A DNA stretch of 64,000 bases. It comes from Pelagomonas calceolata (taxonomy: Eukaryota). The notes beneath the pieces were generated by a model, which saw only the letters and a list, made by a program, of their open reading frames with translations, was not told the origin of the DNA and made no database searches. A program made the translations under genes and the position numbers. Positions 18,439 to 28,675 of the stretch are shown one piece after another. Where the stretch lies: the NCBI GenBank assembly GCA_918797485.1, contig CAKKNE010000005.1:1922001-1986000 (forward strand). The letters are read 5' to 3'. Every line of letters starts with the position of its first letter. Within the stretch, counting starts at the first letter, position 1.

Positions 18439-21400
18439 ATGTCGTCGGCGAAGAGCAAATCTCGCCACGGCACCCTCACAGGCGTGTTCAATGGCGCCTT
18501 CGGCGGCGTTACTACTGGCGACGTTCTTCTAACACCTTCTGGCAAGGTCAACATAACCATCAACGGCATCAAGCTGCAGGCCTGGAAACGAGCGAAGGAG
18601 ACTATCGAAGCAGCAGTAAGGCGTGAGATCGCGGAGTATCTGGACACGAAGTTCGAGCGGCTGGTGATGGAGAGCGAGAGCGACGAGAGCGAATCTGAGG
18701 ATGAGGTCGCGCCCTTACCCGCGGCACAGCCTGTCCTTACAACTCCACGATTGCGCAACACAGACAAGAAGTACTCGCCCACAAAGACCTTGAGACCTGG
18801 AGAGCTGAAGCGCCTGCAGGGAGGGCAGGCAACTGGTCGTCGTCGCACTGGAAGCCCAAAAGCTGTGTCGATGACGCCGGACACGCTGACAGACCTCTGC
18901 CACGCCATCCTGCCGCCCGACCAGTTCGAGGTGCTCGAGCCGACGCTCAAGAAGTCCATCGATATGTTAGGCGCCACCGTGGAGACGGTCGACGAGATGG
19001 GCTACGACAGGTGCAGCTCCGCGTCGAATCTCGACGCGCCTTCTAACCGAGCGCTTCATCGAAGAGGCAGCACGCCATCAACGCGACGCGGCCATCGACG
19101 CGATCCCGCGCTGTCGAGACGACTTCGCCCGCGCAGGCGGCGTACCCTTGCGCGCGTCGTCGTGCCGCTCATCCTACGTGTTCTAGAGATCGCCAAGGCT
19201 GGAACGTCGGACCGAGGCGGCGTTTATCGTCTAATTGCCGCTGACCGCGCGATCCAGTCCTTCGTGCTCGAGGAGGACGCGCCGCGCAACGAGGCCCCTC
19301 CTGTACTCATCGCGATCGCGGACGCGTACCGCATCGCGATGAAGACCAAGGACAACAAGTCGGCACTCCAGCTGCTGTCGCTGCTCGCGCCCTACATGCT
19401 CGACAACGACATCATCGATCTGTGCAGCGACAACGTCGACATCAGGCCTGGTGTGCACGTCCGCGTGCTTAAGCCAGGCGGCCGGGGCCACCAGTACCGA
19501 CGCGCAGTGATCCTGTCGGGCAACGCCGAGGACGGCTTCAAGATCCAGTACTACGAGTCGAGCGAAGCGGTCCAGAAGGCTCGTTTTGCGACGAAGGCCC
19601 AGGGCGCCGCTGCCGTCGCCGCCGACGGCGACGCGACGCAACTCGAAACGGAGGACAACGTCCCTCGTGACCGCATCAAGGTCAGCGACGCCGTCTACTG
19701 CACGAGACGCCAGTGCTGGCTCGCTCGAATCCATGCTGCACGGCATTACCCTGGTGCTTTACCTGTCAACGAGACGTGGACGCGAACGCGTCTCTATGGG
19801 AAGCGTGCGGAAATGCTCGCACGTGCTCTTCGACCAGGTGGTGGGGAGATAGTCCTCGCCGACGCCTCGAACAGGAACGCCGCGAGGGGCGTCAAATACC
19901 TCCGTACCGACACACGAAAAGCGCTGTGGCGTCGTCTCGTACCAGCACCGCCACGCGTCCGCGCGGGTCGACCGAAGGCGGCGTAAAAATTGACACGCAG
20001 GCGGAGAACTGTTGCTGTACGTACTGCCGAGACCTGGGCTTCCAAGCCTTCGACGAGCTGAGGGAAATCGTCCAAGATCTGGACGACGCGCACACGCGCG
20101 CACACGTCAGCGACACGAGCGTTCCTCGCCTGCCTCACGGCCTTCTCGACGTGCTTACAGAGCGTTCGAAAGCGCTGGAACGATTCATGAAGTACGACTT
20201 CGCCCGGAAGCTGAAAACGGCTTCCCCCAATCCACGGCTTTGTATTACCTTTGCCCTCACTACAGCTAATGATAAAAGCTTCTCCAAGGAGTGTACACAC
20301 GGCCGGAGTGACGATACCGTCGGCGAGATGCCGGCGGACTTCTCTGCCGTTTGCGGCGGGCCGCCGAAAATGTCCAACTGGAACGACGACTGCTGCCTGG
20401 GCGTTCACTCAAATTGCAGGAGGGAGGCAGGGCAAGTCATGCTCTGCAACGACTGTAATCTTGTGGCGTGCAAGCAGTGCATAGGGTGTACTACAAATGA
20501 TTGGTCGAAAGACGACGAGGCAGTGATTGCCTTCTCCCAGATCCGTGCCACCATGGGCGACGCGGACGAGCTCCGGATCTTAGAGCACGGCCACACGGAG
20601 GCCGGCGAAGGAAAGTGCGTCGTGGATATGAATTGTGGCCAGTCGAAGCAGGACTTGAGTCGAGATCGCGACCAGGGACATGACCATGAGTGTGCCGACG
20701 AGATCTTTTCTGGGCTCGAGCGCCGCTCGAACCTGTGTGGAAATCAACTAGTGAGTCGCATCGACGGATCTCCGACGGATTTCCTCGCAGGCCCGCGCGC
20801 TGGCGATGTCAACGTCGTGATGGCCATCGACCGGACGAAGGAGCAAGAGAAGAAAGCTCCACCTCTTCCACGCGTCCATAACTACGCGCACTGCACCTTC
20901 AACGTCGATGGGAGCATCACCTGTCGTGAATGCTTCGGTTTGGGCCGAGGCCTCACGTACACCGAGGCGCAGCTCGCGATACACGACCAGCACAAGGTCG
21001 AAGATGCAATCGCCACTGCAACGATGGAGTCCGACGCGGTCGTCCCGAAGACCCAGCTGTCACATGCGCAAAAAAGCGAGGAACGTGCGGCGAAGAGGCG
21101 GAAGAAGTCGGCGCGACTCGACCACGCGGACGCGCGGCGTGCCGCTGACGCGGCGGCTGTAGCTCTGGAGCAAGGCGAGGACGTAACGCACGAGTGTGGC
21201 GCGTGCAAGCGGCGGTTCATGACGTCGGGTGGTCTTCTGAAGCACGCGGCGACATGTGCTGGAAAGAGGCGCTCGAGTCGTCGCGGAGTGCACGAGCTCA
21301 TGTCAGACCTAGCTGTCGAGCAGGACGCGGACCTGGAGCGCGAGCGGCGCGAGCTGGCGCGTGTCGAGGTCGACCTGCCCGTTGAGACAAGCGGCCTTTC

Positions 21401-22028
21401 GTTTACGGAAGATGTGGTGTCCGAGGTGAGCGGCGCGGCCGCCGCGTCGCTGAAGGTGGGCAAGGGCTACGTCCTCCGGAGGGTCGGCTCGACGGACGTG
21501 GGCAACGACGCCGGGCAGGCCGTCGCCACCGCGTGCGCAGCTGCCCGAGGAGACACGATCACATACGTACTGGAACGGCCGGCGCCACCGCTACCGCCTC
21601 ACGGCTGGGCGCGGAAGGCGCTCCGAACAACGAGTAGACCACGGTACACGGTCGAGCAGAAGGCCTTCCTGGACAAGCACTTCGAATCTGGATTGAAGGG
21701 CGGCGAGCGCATGCGGGACAAGAAGGTGTGGAAGCTCATGAAAGCTGAGTTCGGGCGGCGCGTTGGCGAAAACGATAAGTCCCTCGTCCTCAAGCAGTCC
21801 CAGATCCGAGGCTACTTCTCGCGTCGGGCGGCGGCGCTCAAGGGCAGCGCCGTGGCCAAATTTTTAGAGGATGGAGATGCTGCTGGAGACGGCGGCGACG
21901 GTGGTGATGACTATTCCAAGTACAAGGTTAGCGAGCTGCGGGAGTTCCTGGTCCGTCGAGGGCTCGATTCGGACGGCTTGAAGCAGGCATTGGTCGATCG
22001 ACTGCGCGAGCACGACGGCACGGCCTGA
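18439..22028 (+). CDS. Sola3-type transposase-like protein (probably internally deleted); predicted exons 18439-19010, 19137-19938, 20001-20724, 20791-22028
   Basis: QLLSLLA...ARIHAA, CCCxxC, EAGEGKCVVD, C2H2-like CGAC..RF.....LLKH, GWARK...RY..EQK.FL...F..G...QI.GYFSR (Sola3-like C-terminal block, recalled from family consensus), terminal SAP domain; predicted splicing gives one 1112-codon frame. Confidence 0.7.
19011..19136 (+). other. Predicted 126-nt GT-AG intron within the transposase gene
   Basis: AG|GTGCAG...TCGCCCGCGCAG|G; in-frame, translates as an Arg-rich junk peptide (STPSTRR); two copies of the shared 16-mer core. Confidence 0.75.
19939..20000 (+). other. Predicted 62-nt GT-AG intron joining the two transposase ORFs
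   Basis: GTACCA...TTGACACGCAG|GCGGAG; a phase-0 join corrects the frameshift between ORFs 18115-19986 and 19713-22028. Confidence 0.5.
20725..20790 (+). mobile_element. Degenerate introner-like element / 66-nt GC-AG intron in the transposase gene
   Basis: Inverted ends CCTGTGTGGAAATC (20732-20745) and GATTTCCTCGCAGG (20778-20791), 12/14 match; decayed 8-bp TSD GCTCGAAC/GCCCGCGC; in-frame. Confidence 0.55.
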
Positions 22029-22279
22029 ATTTTGATGTCGCGGCGGGACGGGACGGCGCGGCGGCTCGTCACGGGTAGTCTGTGACTAACCACACTACTC
22101 CATTATGTACCGGGAAGCCCCGGGAGGCCGAACTAGGGTACTTACGGCGTCCAGCCGGCTCGGGGAGCCTCCCTGAGGCATCGGGGCTCCGTTCCTACAA
22201 ATCGAGCATGCTGTTTGAGGCGTGCTGCCCCCCGATCTTTGAGGCGTGCTGCCCCCCGATCACTACCCATCAAGTCTAC

Positions 22280-25200
22280 TTACTTGGCCCACTCCTTCAG
22301 GAACGCGTCGACCTCCTCCGGCGCCATCAGTGTTAATTCGGACGCCATCACGGGCTTGCCGCAGACGGGATCGAGCACCTCGAGCTGGCCCTTGACGGGC
22401 TCGCCGCCCTTGGCCTCGTTGGCGATCGCTCTTGTGCGAGCCGCGGCGCCTTCGGTCTTGATATATTGTAGATAGTGCGACCGTAGAGCCGGCATCCTCG
22501 AATTGGGGCAGACGCAGAAGTCCTCCTTCTCGACGTGCCGCCCCGTCACGACGCACATGGGCAGCTCCTCCTGCGTCGTCGGGCATTCTAACGAGGTGAT
22601 CGGGATCTGCTGCGACGAGACGGGGCACTTCGACGTGGGTTCCGCGATTTCATCCAAATCTTGGGCCTTTCGGATGATGGCTTCGATCTTGCGCTTGAAC
22701 TTCGCGTCTATTTTCGACCGGTACTCGGGCTTCATCAACTGCAAAGCGTACTCGTGGGCCGACTGTTTCAGGCCGGCCTTCGTGCAGGCTACTACAACAG
22801 AAGTGAGGATGGGCACGACGTGCGCCGGGAATTTGGAAATGGACTTGGCTACTCGTAGCAACATCCTTGCTGCTAAATCCTGCTCGCCTCGTCTAGCTAA
22901 CTTACCCGCAAGGACATAAGAGTGCAGCAACACGAAGGGGTGCCTCAAGGCCTGCGGCACGTGCACTTTTTGTTCCCGTAACTTAACGATGGTCTCATGC
23001 AGAATAGCGTGGGCCTGCGCATAGTTCCCCAACTCCTGTTCCTGCTTGGCGATGATGACCGCCGTCTTCGCGGCTTGCGGATAGTTACCAAGGGCAATGT
23101 ACAACCGATAAATATAATTCGGGTCCTTCGGGACGCCGTCCGGTTCGCCCATGAGGAAGTCTATTAAAGTGTGCGTCAGGGCGTCGTTCCTCGCTTTGCC
23201 CACAATATCGATGGCCGCGTGCACCTCCTTCTCGCCGCACTTGATGAAGAGTTTCAACGCTCTTCCATAGTCGTTGCACAACGCATAGTACTTGCCGGCC
23301 AGACCGGGCTCGTTGATCTTCTCGTAGTGCTGGGCGACATTCAGAGCGTCGTCCGCTCTGATCGAATCACCGAGGACCTCCGTGTACTTCTCGACCTGGT
23401 TGTGCAGCTTCGCGAGCTCGAAGGCCTCCTCCGTGCCCTTAGCCATGAGCAAAAACTCGATGGCGCCCTTGAAATCCCCATGGTCCTGGCAGAACTTGGC
23501 GACGAGTCGCGCGCCGTCCGAGGATTGCGTTCGTCGCACAATATCGAAGCCTCGCTCCGGCGTGTTCAGCTGGTTCAAATGCAACCTCACAACAGAATCC
23601 AGGTCGTGCGCGTTCTCGTAGGCTTGTACCGCTTCCTGGAACCTCTCGGAAGCTTCGCAGGCCTTGGCGTACTGGGCGTGCAGCTTCGGTAGGGTCACTT
23701 TCGGCATAACCGAAGCACACCGCGAAAAGTCGAGCTTCTTAATATAGATGGCCGCGGCCTTCTCCCAGTGCTCCGCATCTTCATAGAGACCCGCGGCTTC
23801 GGAATGTTGGTTCATATCCTCCAATATCTTCGCACAATCCCGATACAGTATCTTGTCGTCGGCTTCTCGGAGGTAAGTCATACCCTTCCGTAGATCACCG
23901 AGATGCAGCGTACACCGCGCCACGCCACATAAACATTTCTTCCTCATCATATCGCCCTCCAGATCCTCCTCCTTCTCCTCGACCCGCCGTTGATACGCCC
24001 TATCAATAGCCTTTTTCGCGGACTCAAATGCCCTTAGAGCGGGGTCGTACTCGCCCTTGAACTCTAACTGTTGGGCGTAGGAACAGGAAATGGCCGGGAC
24101 CTGGGCCGGGTCTAACGAATGAGCTAGTTTCAGGGCCTGCTCCCAATGTAAGAGGTCTCTTCTCATATCCAACGCGTGGAGAGGTTGCGTACTCGCTAAA
24201 AATAAATCCTGCGCCGCGTCGTAGTCCTGGAATAATAACAAGATGTGTCCTGCTAGTAGGTTGGTATCCTCAAAAGGTTTAATTCTTTCCAACCCGAGGA
24301 CCATGCCCGCGTCGCCGAGCTGCCGGTAGACTCGTATCGCCATGTTGACGTCCAGCACATCCATGGCCTTGCCCGACAGGGCCAGCCAGTAGGGCCGCTT
24401 GTTGATGTCGATGGCCGCGTTCCAGGCGTCCTTCAACCGCAACAGAGCTAGGTTCTGGCAAAAATGTAATTCTGGAGTGGCATCGTCGTCATCCCTATGT
24501 TCGTAGAGAGGGCACTGGATCTTCGTGAGCGTACCTCCGGACGTCTGGCACGTGATCGTGCCGTCGTGGGAACACACGGGCACCAAGCCTTGCGGGTGGA
24601 GCGGCGAAGCTTTCGGTCGCATCGTCACGCCGCCCGTTTCAGAGACATCAACGGCTCCCAACTTAGCGACGACGGCGCCTCTTACTGTCTGTGGTGCATA
24701 GGCATACGTATGCAACTCCGACGGGCTTGATACAATAAACACGTGCCGATCAATCACCTCCCAGATCACGGACGTAAAGTCCCTTGGAAAAGAAGGTATG
24801 GGTGTCAAGTCTGAAGTCGTCGGCGCATAGACATAGGCATTCTTGGACGTGTCCACTACTATAAATCGTGTACCTTTGACATTGGGGACGATCTTCAGGA
24901 TGGCCCTCTCGTGTCGGAGCTCGACGCCGGGTAAGGGTCCCTCGGGGTTGATCGCGAAGAAGTGCACCATTCCCGACTTCGTGCCGTAGACCAACACGTC
25001 CTTCGTCAACGCTAATGCCGTCACTTTATCCCCCATGTCGTCGCCCGAATCCCTATCTGGGAACGTTCGACGCCGAGACCCATCAATGGCGTGCAGCGTG
25101 ACCCGGCCTCCACTCAATACTGCGCAATGAGACTCCGAGATCGACATCTGCGAGACGCGTCCGTTGTATTCCTCCTTGTGCACCTCTTCCTTCGTGGAAA

Positions 25201-26443
25201 TGTCGTAGAACAAAGCGGCATTGTTCATCCCGACTCCGACGTGCTTCGGCCCCACGGCGAGGTAGGACGGCTCCAGCCCCACGGGTATGATGACATTCTG
25301 GTCGTCTTCTGGTGTTCCAGACTTCACCAGCGTGATCTCCCTCAAAGAAGACAAGTAAGCGACCGTATCGCCGCAAGCGCCATGAACCAAAGGCATCCTT
25401 GCGAGATACGTAGCCACTTGTCCACGCTTCGTCGAGGCACATAAGACATGACCATCAGGCGACCACTCGACCTTCGCAATCGAACCGTCTAAATCGGAAA
25501 CAGTTTCCTTTTTCAAATCCTTGAACGTCGACAGGTCCACGAGCTTGATGCCGCCGTCACCAGCGACAGCAGCGTAATTGAGTGCCGGCGAATAGGCGAT
25601 GGAATCCAACCGCTTCTTGTGGAACTGTCCGCTGTATTGTTCTTGGCCGATTTCCCGCATCGACGTCGAGATGACCACGACATACCCGTCCGAAAAACCG
25701 AGCAACATCAAGCCGTCGCCGAACCACGTGTGCGCGATGATCGAGCCATATTTTGAGGAAAAAGCTAGTTCCAACGGGTTGTCGGGCTCCTTGAGGTCGT
25801 ATAACAGTAAACTTTTGCCGCCCATGTTGATGGACAGATGCGTCTCCGAGTCATCGGAAGCCGCGTCGCGTTTTTGGGTTGCGAACTGCATGTCGATGGG
25901 GGCGTGTTTGAGTTCCGTCTGTTCTAGGGTATCGCCCGACTCGTTGGACAGCGTCAAAGTGCGATCGTCGGACCCAAGCGCCAATTTATTTGTTTGAGCT
26001 GACCAGCAGCCGCACGTGATTTTTTTCGGATGCTTGCCTAGCACGGAGACCTTCTTCCTCGTTCTTCGATCATACACTAATATGTTCCCGTTCTTATTAC
26101 CAACAACGAGTTGGGAAGACGTCTTCGACCAACAGAAGAACGAGGGATCTTTGAGAGCCGTGTCCAGCTTCGTCACGGTCTTCATTTGTGAATCCCACAG
26201 ACTGATGGTGGGTTCTCGATCCTGCATGATCGCCAAGCAGTCGCCGTCCCGGTCCCACGCCAAAGCTTTCACAGGAGCCGTCGTCTCGCCCGTGATCTCC
26301 GCCACATGGTCGCCGTGGCGGTCATAAATGTGCACCAGGCCCGGCTCGCCGCCCGCCGCTAAGTAATTGCCCCGCGGCTCCCAAGCAAAAGCCGCCGCGT
26401 CCCGAGACCCGCGGCCGGCGTCGAGGCGGAAGAGCTGCCTCAT
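22280..26443 (-). CDS. WDR19: Intraflagellar transport protein IFT144 / WD repeat protein 19
   Basis: N-terminal WD40s (VLGKHPKKITCGCW, LALGSDDRTLT, PLELAFSSKYGSI), TPR-like solenoid (ALDMRRDLLHWEQAL, DGVPKDPNYIYRLY), C-terminal Zn-binding Cys motifs. Confidence 0.95.
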   Translation of the reverse strand: MRQLFRLDAGRGSRDAAAFAWEPRGNYLAAGGEPGLVHIYDRHGDHVAEITGETTAPVKALAWDRDGDCLAIMQDREPTISLWDSQMKTVTKLDTALKDPSFFCWSKTSSQLVVGNKNGNILVYDRRTRKKVSVLGKHPKKITCGCWSAQTNKLALGSDDRTLTLSNESGDTLEQTELKHAPIDMQFATQKRDAASDDSETHLSINMGGKSLLLYDLKEPDNPLELAFSSKYGSIIAHTWFGDGLMLLGFSDGYVVVISTSMREIGQEQYSGQFHKKRLDSIAYSPALNYAAVAGDGGIKLVDLSTFKDLKKETVSDLDGSIAKVEWSPDGHVLCASTKRGQVATYLARMPLVHGACGDTVAYLSSLREITLVKSGTPEDDQNVIIPVGLEPSYLAVGPKHVGVGMNNAALFYDISTKEEVHKEEYNGRVSQMSISESHCAVLSGGRVTLHAIDGSRRRTFPDRDSGDDMGDKVTALALTKDVLVYGTKSGMVHFFAINPEGPLPGVELRHERAILKIVPNVKGTRFIVVDTSKNAYVYAPTTSDLTPIPSFPRDFTSVIWEVIDRHVFIVSSPSELHTYAYAPQTVRGAVVAKLGAVDVSETGGVTMRPKASPLHPQGLVPVCSHDGTITCQTSGGTLTKIQCPLYEHRDDDDATPELHFCQNLALLRLKDAWNAAIDINKRPYWLALSGKAMDVLDVNMAIRVYRQLGDAGMVLGLERIKPFEDTNLLAGHILLLFQDYDAAQDLFLASTQPLHALDMRRDLLHWEQALKLAHSLDPAQVPAISCSYAQQLEFKGEYDPALRAFESAKKAIDRAYQRRVEEKEEDLEGDMMRKKCLCGVARCTLHLGDLRKGMTYLREADDKILYRDCAKILEDMNQHSEAAGLYEDAEHWEKAAAIYIKKLDFSRCASVMPKVTLPKLHAQYAKACEASERFQEAVQAYENAHDLDSVVRLHLNQLNTPERGFDIVRRTQSSDGARLVAKFCQDHGDFKGAIEFLLMAKGTEEAFELAKLHNQVEKYTEVLGDSIRADDALNVAQHYEKINEPGLAGKYYALCNDYGRALKLFIKCGEKEVHAAIDIVGKARNDALTHTLIDFLMGEPDGVPKDPNYIYRLYIALGNYPQAAKTAVIIAKQEQELGNYAQAHAILHETIVKLREQKVHVPQALRHPFVLLHSYVLAGKLARRGEQDLAARMLLRVAKSISKFPAHVVPILTSVVVACTKAGLKQSAHEYALQLMKPEYRSKIDAKFKRKIEAIIRKAQDLDEIAEPTSKCPVSSQQIPITSLECPTTQEELPMCVVTGRHVEKEDFCVCPNSRMPALRSHYLQYIKTEGAAARTRAIANEAKGGEPVKGQLEVLDPVCGKPVMASELTLMAPEEVDAFLKEWAK

Positions 26444-26876
26444 CCTCTTTGTGTAAGGCTGCCTCCCGCTCTTCCCTTCTATGCGTGTGGGGGGCAGCGC
26501 CGACGGCCGGCAGCCCGCTGTTCGAAATGGGACGGGGCGCCTCGCGTAGCGTGGGTGGGTGTCGGGTGGCGATGGCTGGCGGCACGCGTCGGCGGGGAGC
26601 GCTCGGAGGAAGAAAAAAAAATCGAACAAAACGGGTTCCTGGCGGCTCATCACGATTGAGCTTGCCAAACGTGTGCCACATGGCTCCCCAGAGACGGCCA
26701 GTCGGGGTCCGCGCGTGAGGAACGCGCCCCCTGCTCTAGCGTCGGCAGTCCTGCGCCGGCGTCGGCGCCCCTTCATATTCGGGTGCGGTGACAAGGCCCC
26801 CTGGCGCCAGGTCGCCCGGCGCTTGCCCCGCCCCTTAGCCGCGGCGAGCGCCTGCAAAAGCGCCCCGCGCGCACGC

Positions 26877-28112
26877 ATGGCGCAGGCCCAGGCCCAGCCC
26901 GGCGCCGTGCCCGTGCCCGCGGCCCCGACGCTCGTCGCCGCGGCCGCGGCCCCAGCGCTCGCCGCCGCGGCCGCGCCCCCGACGCTCGTCGCCGTGCCCG
27001 CGCCGCCGACGCTCGTCGCGCGGCCGCTGCAGCCGGGCCCCTACGCCGTCGCGCTCGGCGGCGCGGGGCCCGGCGCGAGCTTGGGGCCGCCCGTGCTGCG
27101 GCCCGTGCCCGCCGCGGCGCCGCCGCCGCGGCCCATCGTGCTCCAGCCCGCGCCACCGCCGCCCGCCGGGCTCCCGCCGCCCGTCTTACGGCCGCTCGCG
27201 CCGGGGTCGCCGCCGCCGCCCAAGACGCTGCGCATCCCCGTGCTCACGCCGAGAGTGTTGGCGCCGCCGGTCCTCGCGCCGCTGCCGCCGGACGCGAGCG
27301 GCGCGCTGCCGCCGCGGCCGCCCCTCCTGTCGCCCGTCCTGCAGCCGCTGCCGCCGAACGCGCCCGTGCCGCGCGGCGTCGTGCTCGGGCCCCTGCCGCC
27401 GAACTCGCCGCCGCCGCCGGCGCTGGCCAAGAAGCTCGCCGGCGCCGCCGAGGCGCCGCCGCCGCCGCCGCCGGACGACGGCGGCATCCCCGACGCGCCG
27501 CCGGACCACGGGTTGCGCAAGACGCACGTCCGGCGGTCGTCGTCCTACGGCTCGGCCTTCGGGGACCTGCTGGCGGGCCAGTGCGGCCTCGACCCCGACG
27601 CGGCGTCGTTCGCGCCGCCGCCGGGCGCGCCGCCACCGCCCCCCTTAACGCCGCCGCGGCCGTCCCCCAAGATCTCGCGCAAGTCCGTCGAGGACGAGTC
27701 CGCGACGGCGGCGGCCATCGACGCCGCGCTGCGCGGTCTGAGCCCGCCGGCGCCGCGGGGCAAGCACCGCGGCTCCGTCGACGACGAGGCCGCGGCCATC
27801 GACGCGGCCCTGCGCGGCCTGACGCCGCCGGCGACGCCGCTGAGCTCGCGGTCGCCGCTGCGCAAGCGCGTCGAGCCGCGCGCGCCGTCTCTGTCCGTCG
27901 ACTCGGCGCGCTCGGCGCTGTCCGCGGCGTCGAGCAGCGGCTCGAGCCGGCGGTCGGCCGCTCTGTCGCCGCTGAGCGACGAGGCGCTCGAGGCGCTGTC
28001 GCCCCCGAAAACCGCTGAAGAGCCCGACACGGCGCGCACCGACGAGTCCGGGTCCAAGGTGGACTGGGAGGAGTCGGAGCACGTCGTCGACTGGGTCCTC
28101 GGCGCGGCCTGA
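26877..28112 (+). CDS. Proline-rich low-complexity hypothetical protein
   Basis: Long ORF with coherent GC3 frame; repeated PPVL.PL and AAIDAALRGL motifs; acidic C-terminus with Trp. Confidence 0.6.
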   Translation: MAQAQAQPGAVPVPAAPTLVAAAAAPALAAAAAPPTLVAVPAPPTLVARPLQPGPYAVALGGAGPGASLGPPVLRPVPAAAPPPRPIVLQPAPPPPAGLPPPVLRPLAPGSPPPPKTLRIPVLTPRVLAPPVLAPLPPDASGALPPRPPLLSPVLQPLPPNAPVPRGVVLGPLPPNSPPPPALAKKLAGAAEAPPPPPPDDGGIPDAPPDHGLRKTHVRRSSSYGSAFGDLLAGQCGLDPDAASFAPPPGAPPPPPLTPPRPSPKISRKSVEDESATAAAIDAALRGLSPPAPRGKHRGSVDDEAAAIDAALRGLTPPATPLSSRSPLRKRVEPRAPSLSVDSARSALSAASSSGSSRRSAALSPLSDEALEALSPPKTAEEPDTARTDESGSKVDWEESEHVVDWVLGAA

Positions 28113-28192
28113 TGAGCCCACCAATCCCCCGCCCACCCCTCTGTCCCCAAGAACCCTCTTCCATTAGCCTGTAAGATTATTCGCGAAAGCGC

Positions 28193-28675
28193 CTACTTCA
28201 CGGCCATGAGGTTCATCTCGAAGTACAACGTCGCGCCGCCGGGGATGGGCCCGATGCCCTTGGAGCCGTAGCCGAGCTCGGGCGGGATGATCACGCGGCG
28301 CTTGCCGCCGACCTTCATCGTCAGGAGCGCCTCGTCCCAGCCCTTGATCACCCGCCCCGTGCCCACCGCAAAACTCAGGGGCCGCCCGCGGTCGAGCGAC
28401 GAGTCGAACTTGCGGCCCGCGTCGCCGAAGTCGTCGAGCCATCCATTATAATGGACCTGCACGGTCTGGCCGGGCTCCGGCGTCGCGCCCGTGCCCTCCT
28501 TGAGGTCGAGGTACTGCAGGCCGCTGCCGGTCTTCTGGAAATCGGCCGCGACCGCGTGCTGGCGGTAGGCGAGGCCCGTCGCGAGGCCGAGGCCCGCCGG
28601 GCCCAAGTTTCTGCGGGTTACCGGGCGCAGCGCCGCGGCGGTCGTCGCGAGGGCGAGGTGGGCGAGGCGAGGCAT
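28193..28675 (-). CDS. FKBP-type peptidyl-prolyl isomerase, probably thylakoid lumen
   Basis: VHYNGWL, FDSSLDRG.PL.F.VG.G.VIKGWDEAL, IPPELGYG; signal peptide, twin-Arg TRR and AVA cleavage site. Confidence 0.95.
   Translation of the reverse strand: MPRLAHLALATTAAALRPVTRRNLGPAGLGLATGLAYRQHAVAADFQKTGSGLQYLDLKEGTGATPEPGQTVQVHYNGWLDDFGDAGRKFDSSLDRGRPLSFAVGTGRVIKGWDEALLTMKVGGKRRVIIPPELGYGSKGIGPIPGGATLYFEMNLMAVK

Larger units (their letters stand above)
17921..22261 (+). mobile_element. Sola3-like DNA transposon (4341 bp) with TIRs and a 4-bp ACTA TSD
   Basis: Left TIR 17921-17956 (GATCGGGGGGCAGCACGCCTCA...) is inverted at 22202-22237 (32/36 match), and its terminal part is duplicated again to 22261; ACTA at 17917-17920 and 22262-22265; encodes a transposase-like protein. 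Confidence 0.85.

Noticed and set aside
20751..20790. Alternative 40-nt intron from the strong-looking GTGAGT donor
   Set aside because: It would shift the frame of an otherwise open 1.2-kb exon; the 66-nt GC-AG model keeps the frame
22214..22261. Possible CRISPR-like repeats (also 60968-61124 and 41356-41427)
   Set aside because: No unique spacers; these are a TIR duplication and coding tandem repeats in a eukaryotic genome
26444..26878. N-terminal extensions in the ORF track for WDR19, and likewise for the EF-hand, ADPRM, GST, AKR and receptor genes
   Set aside because: They begin at upstream or non-ATG codons, cross promoter spacers and read as low-complexity; downstream ATGs fit the domain boundaries
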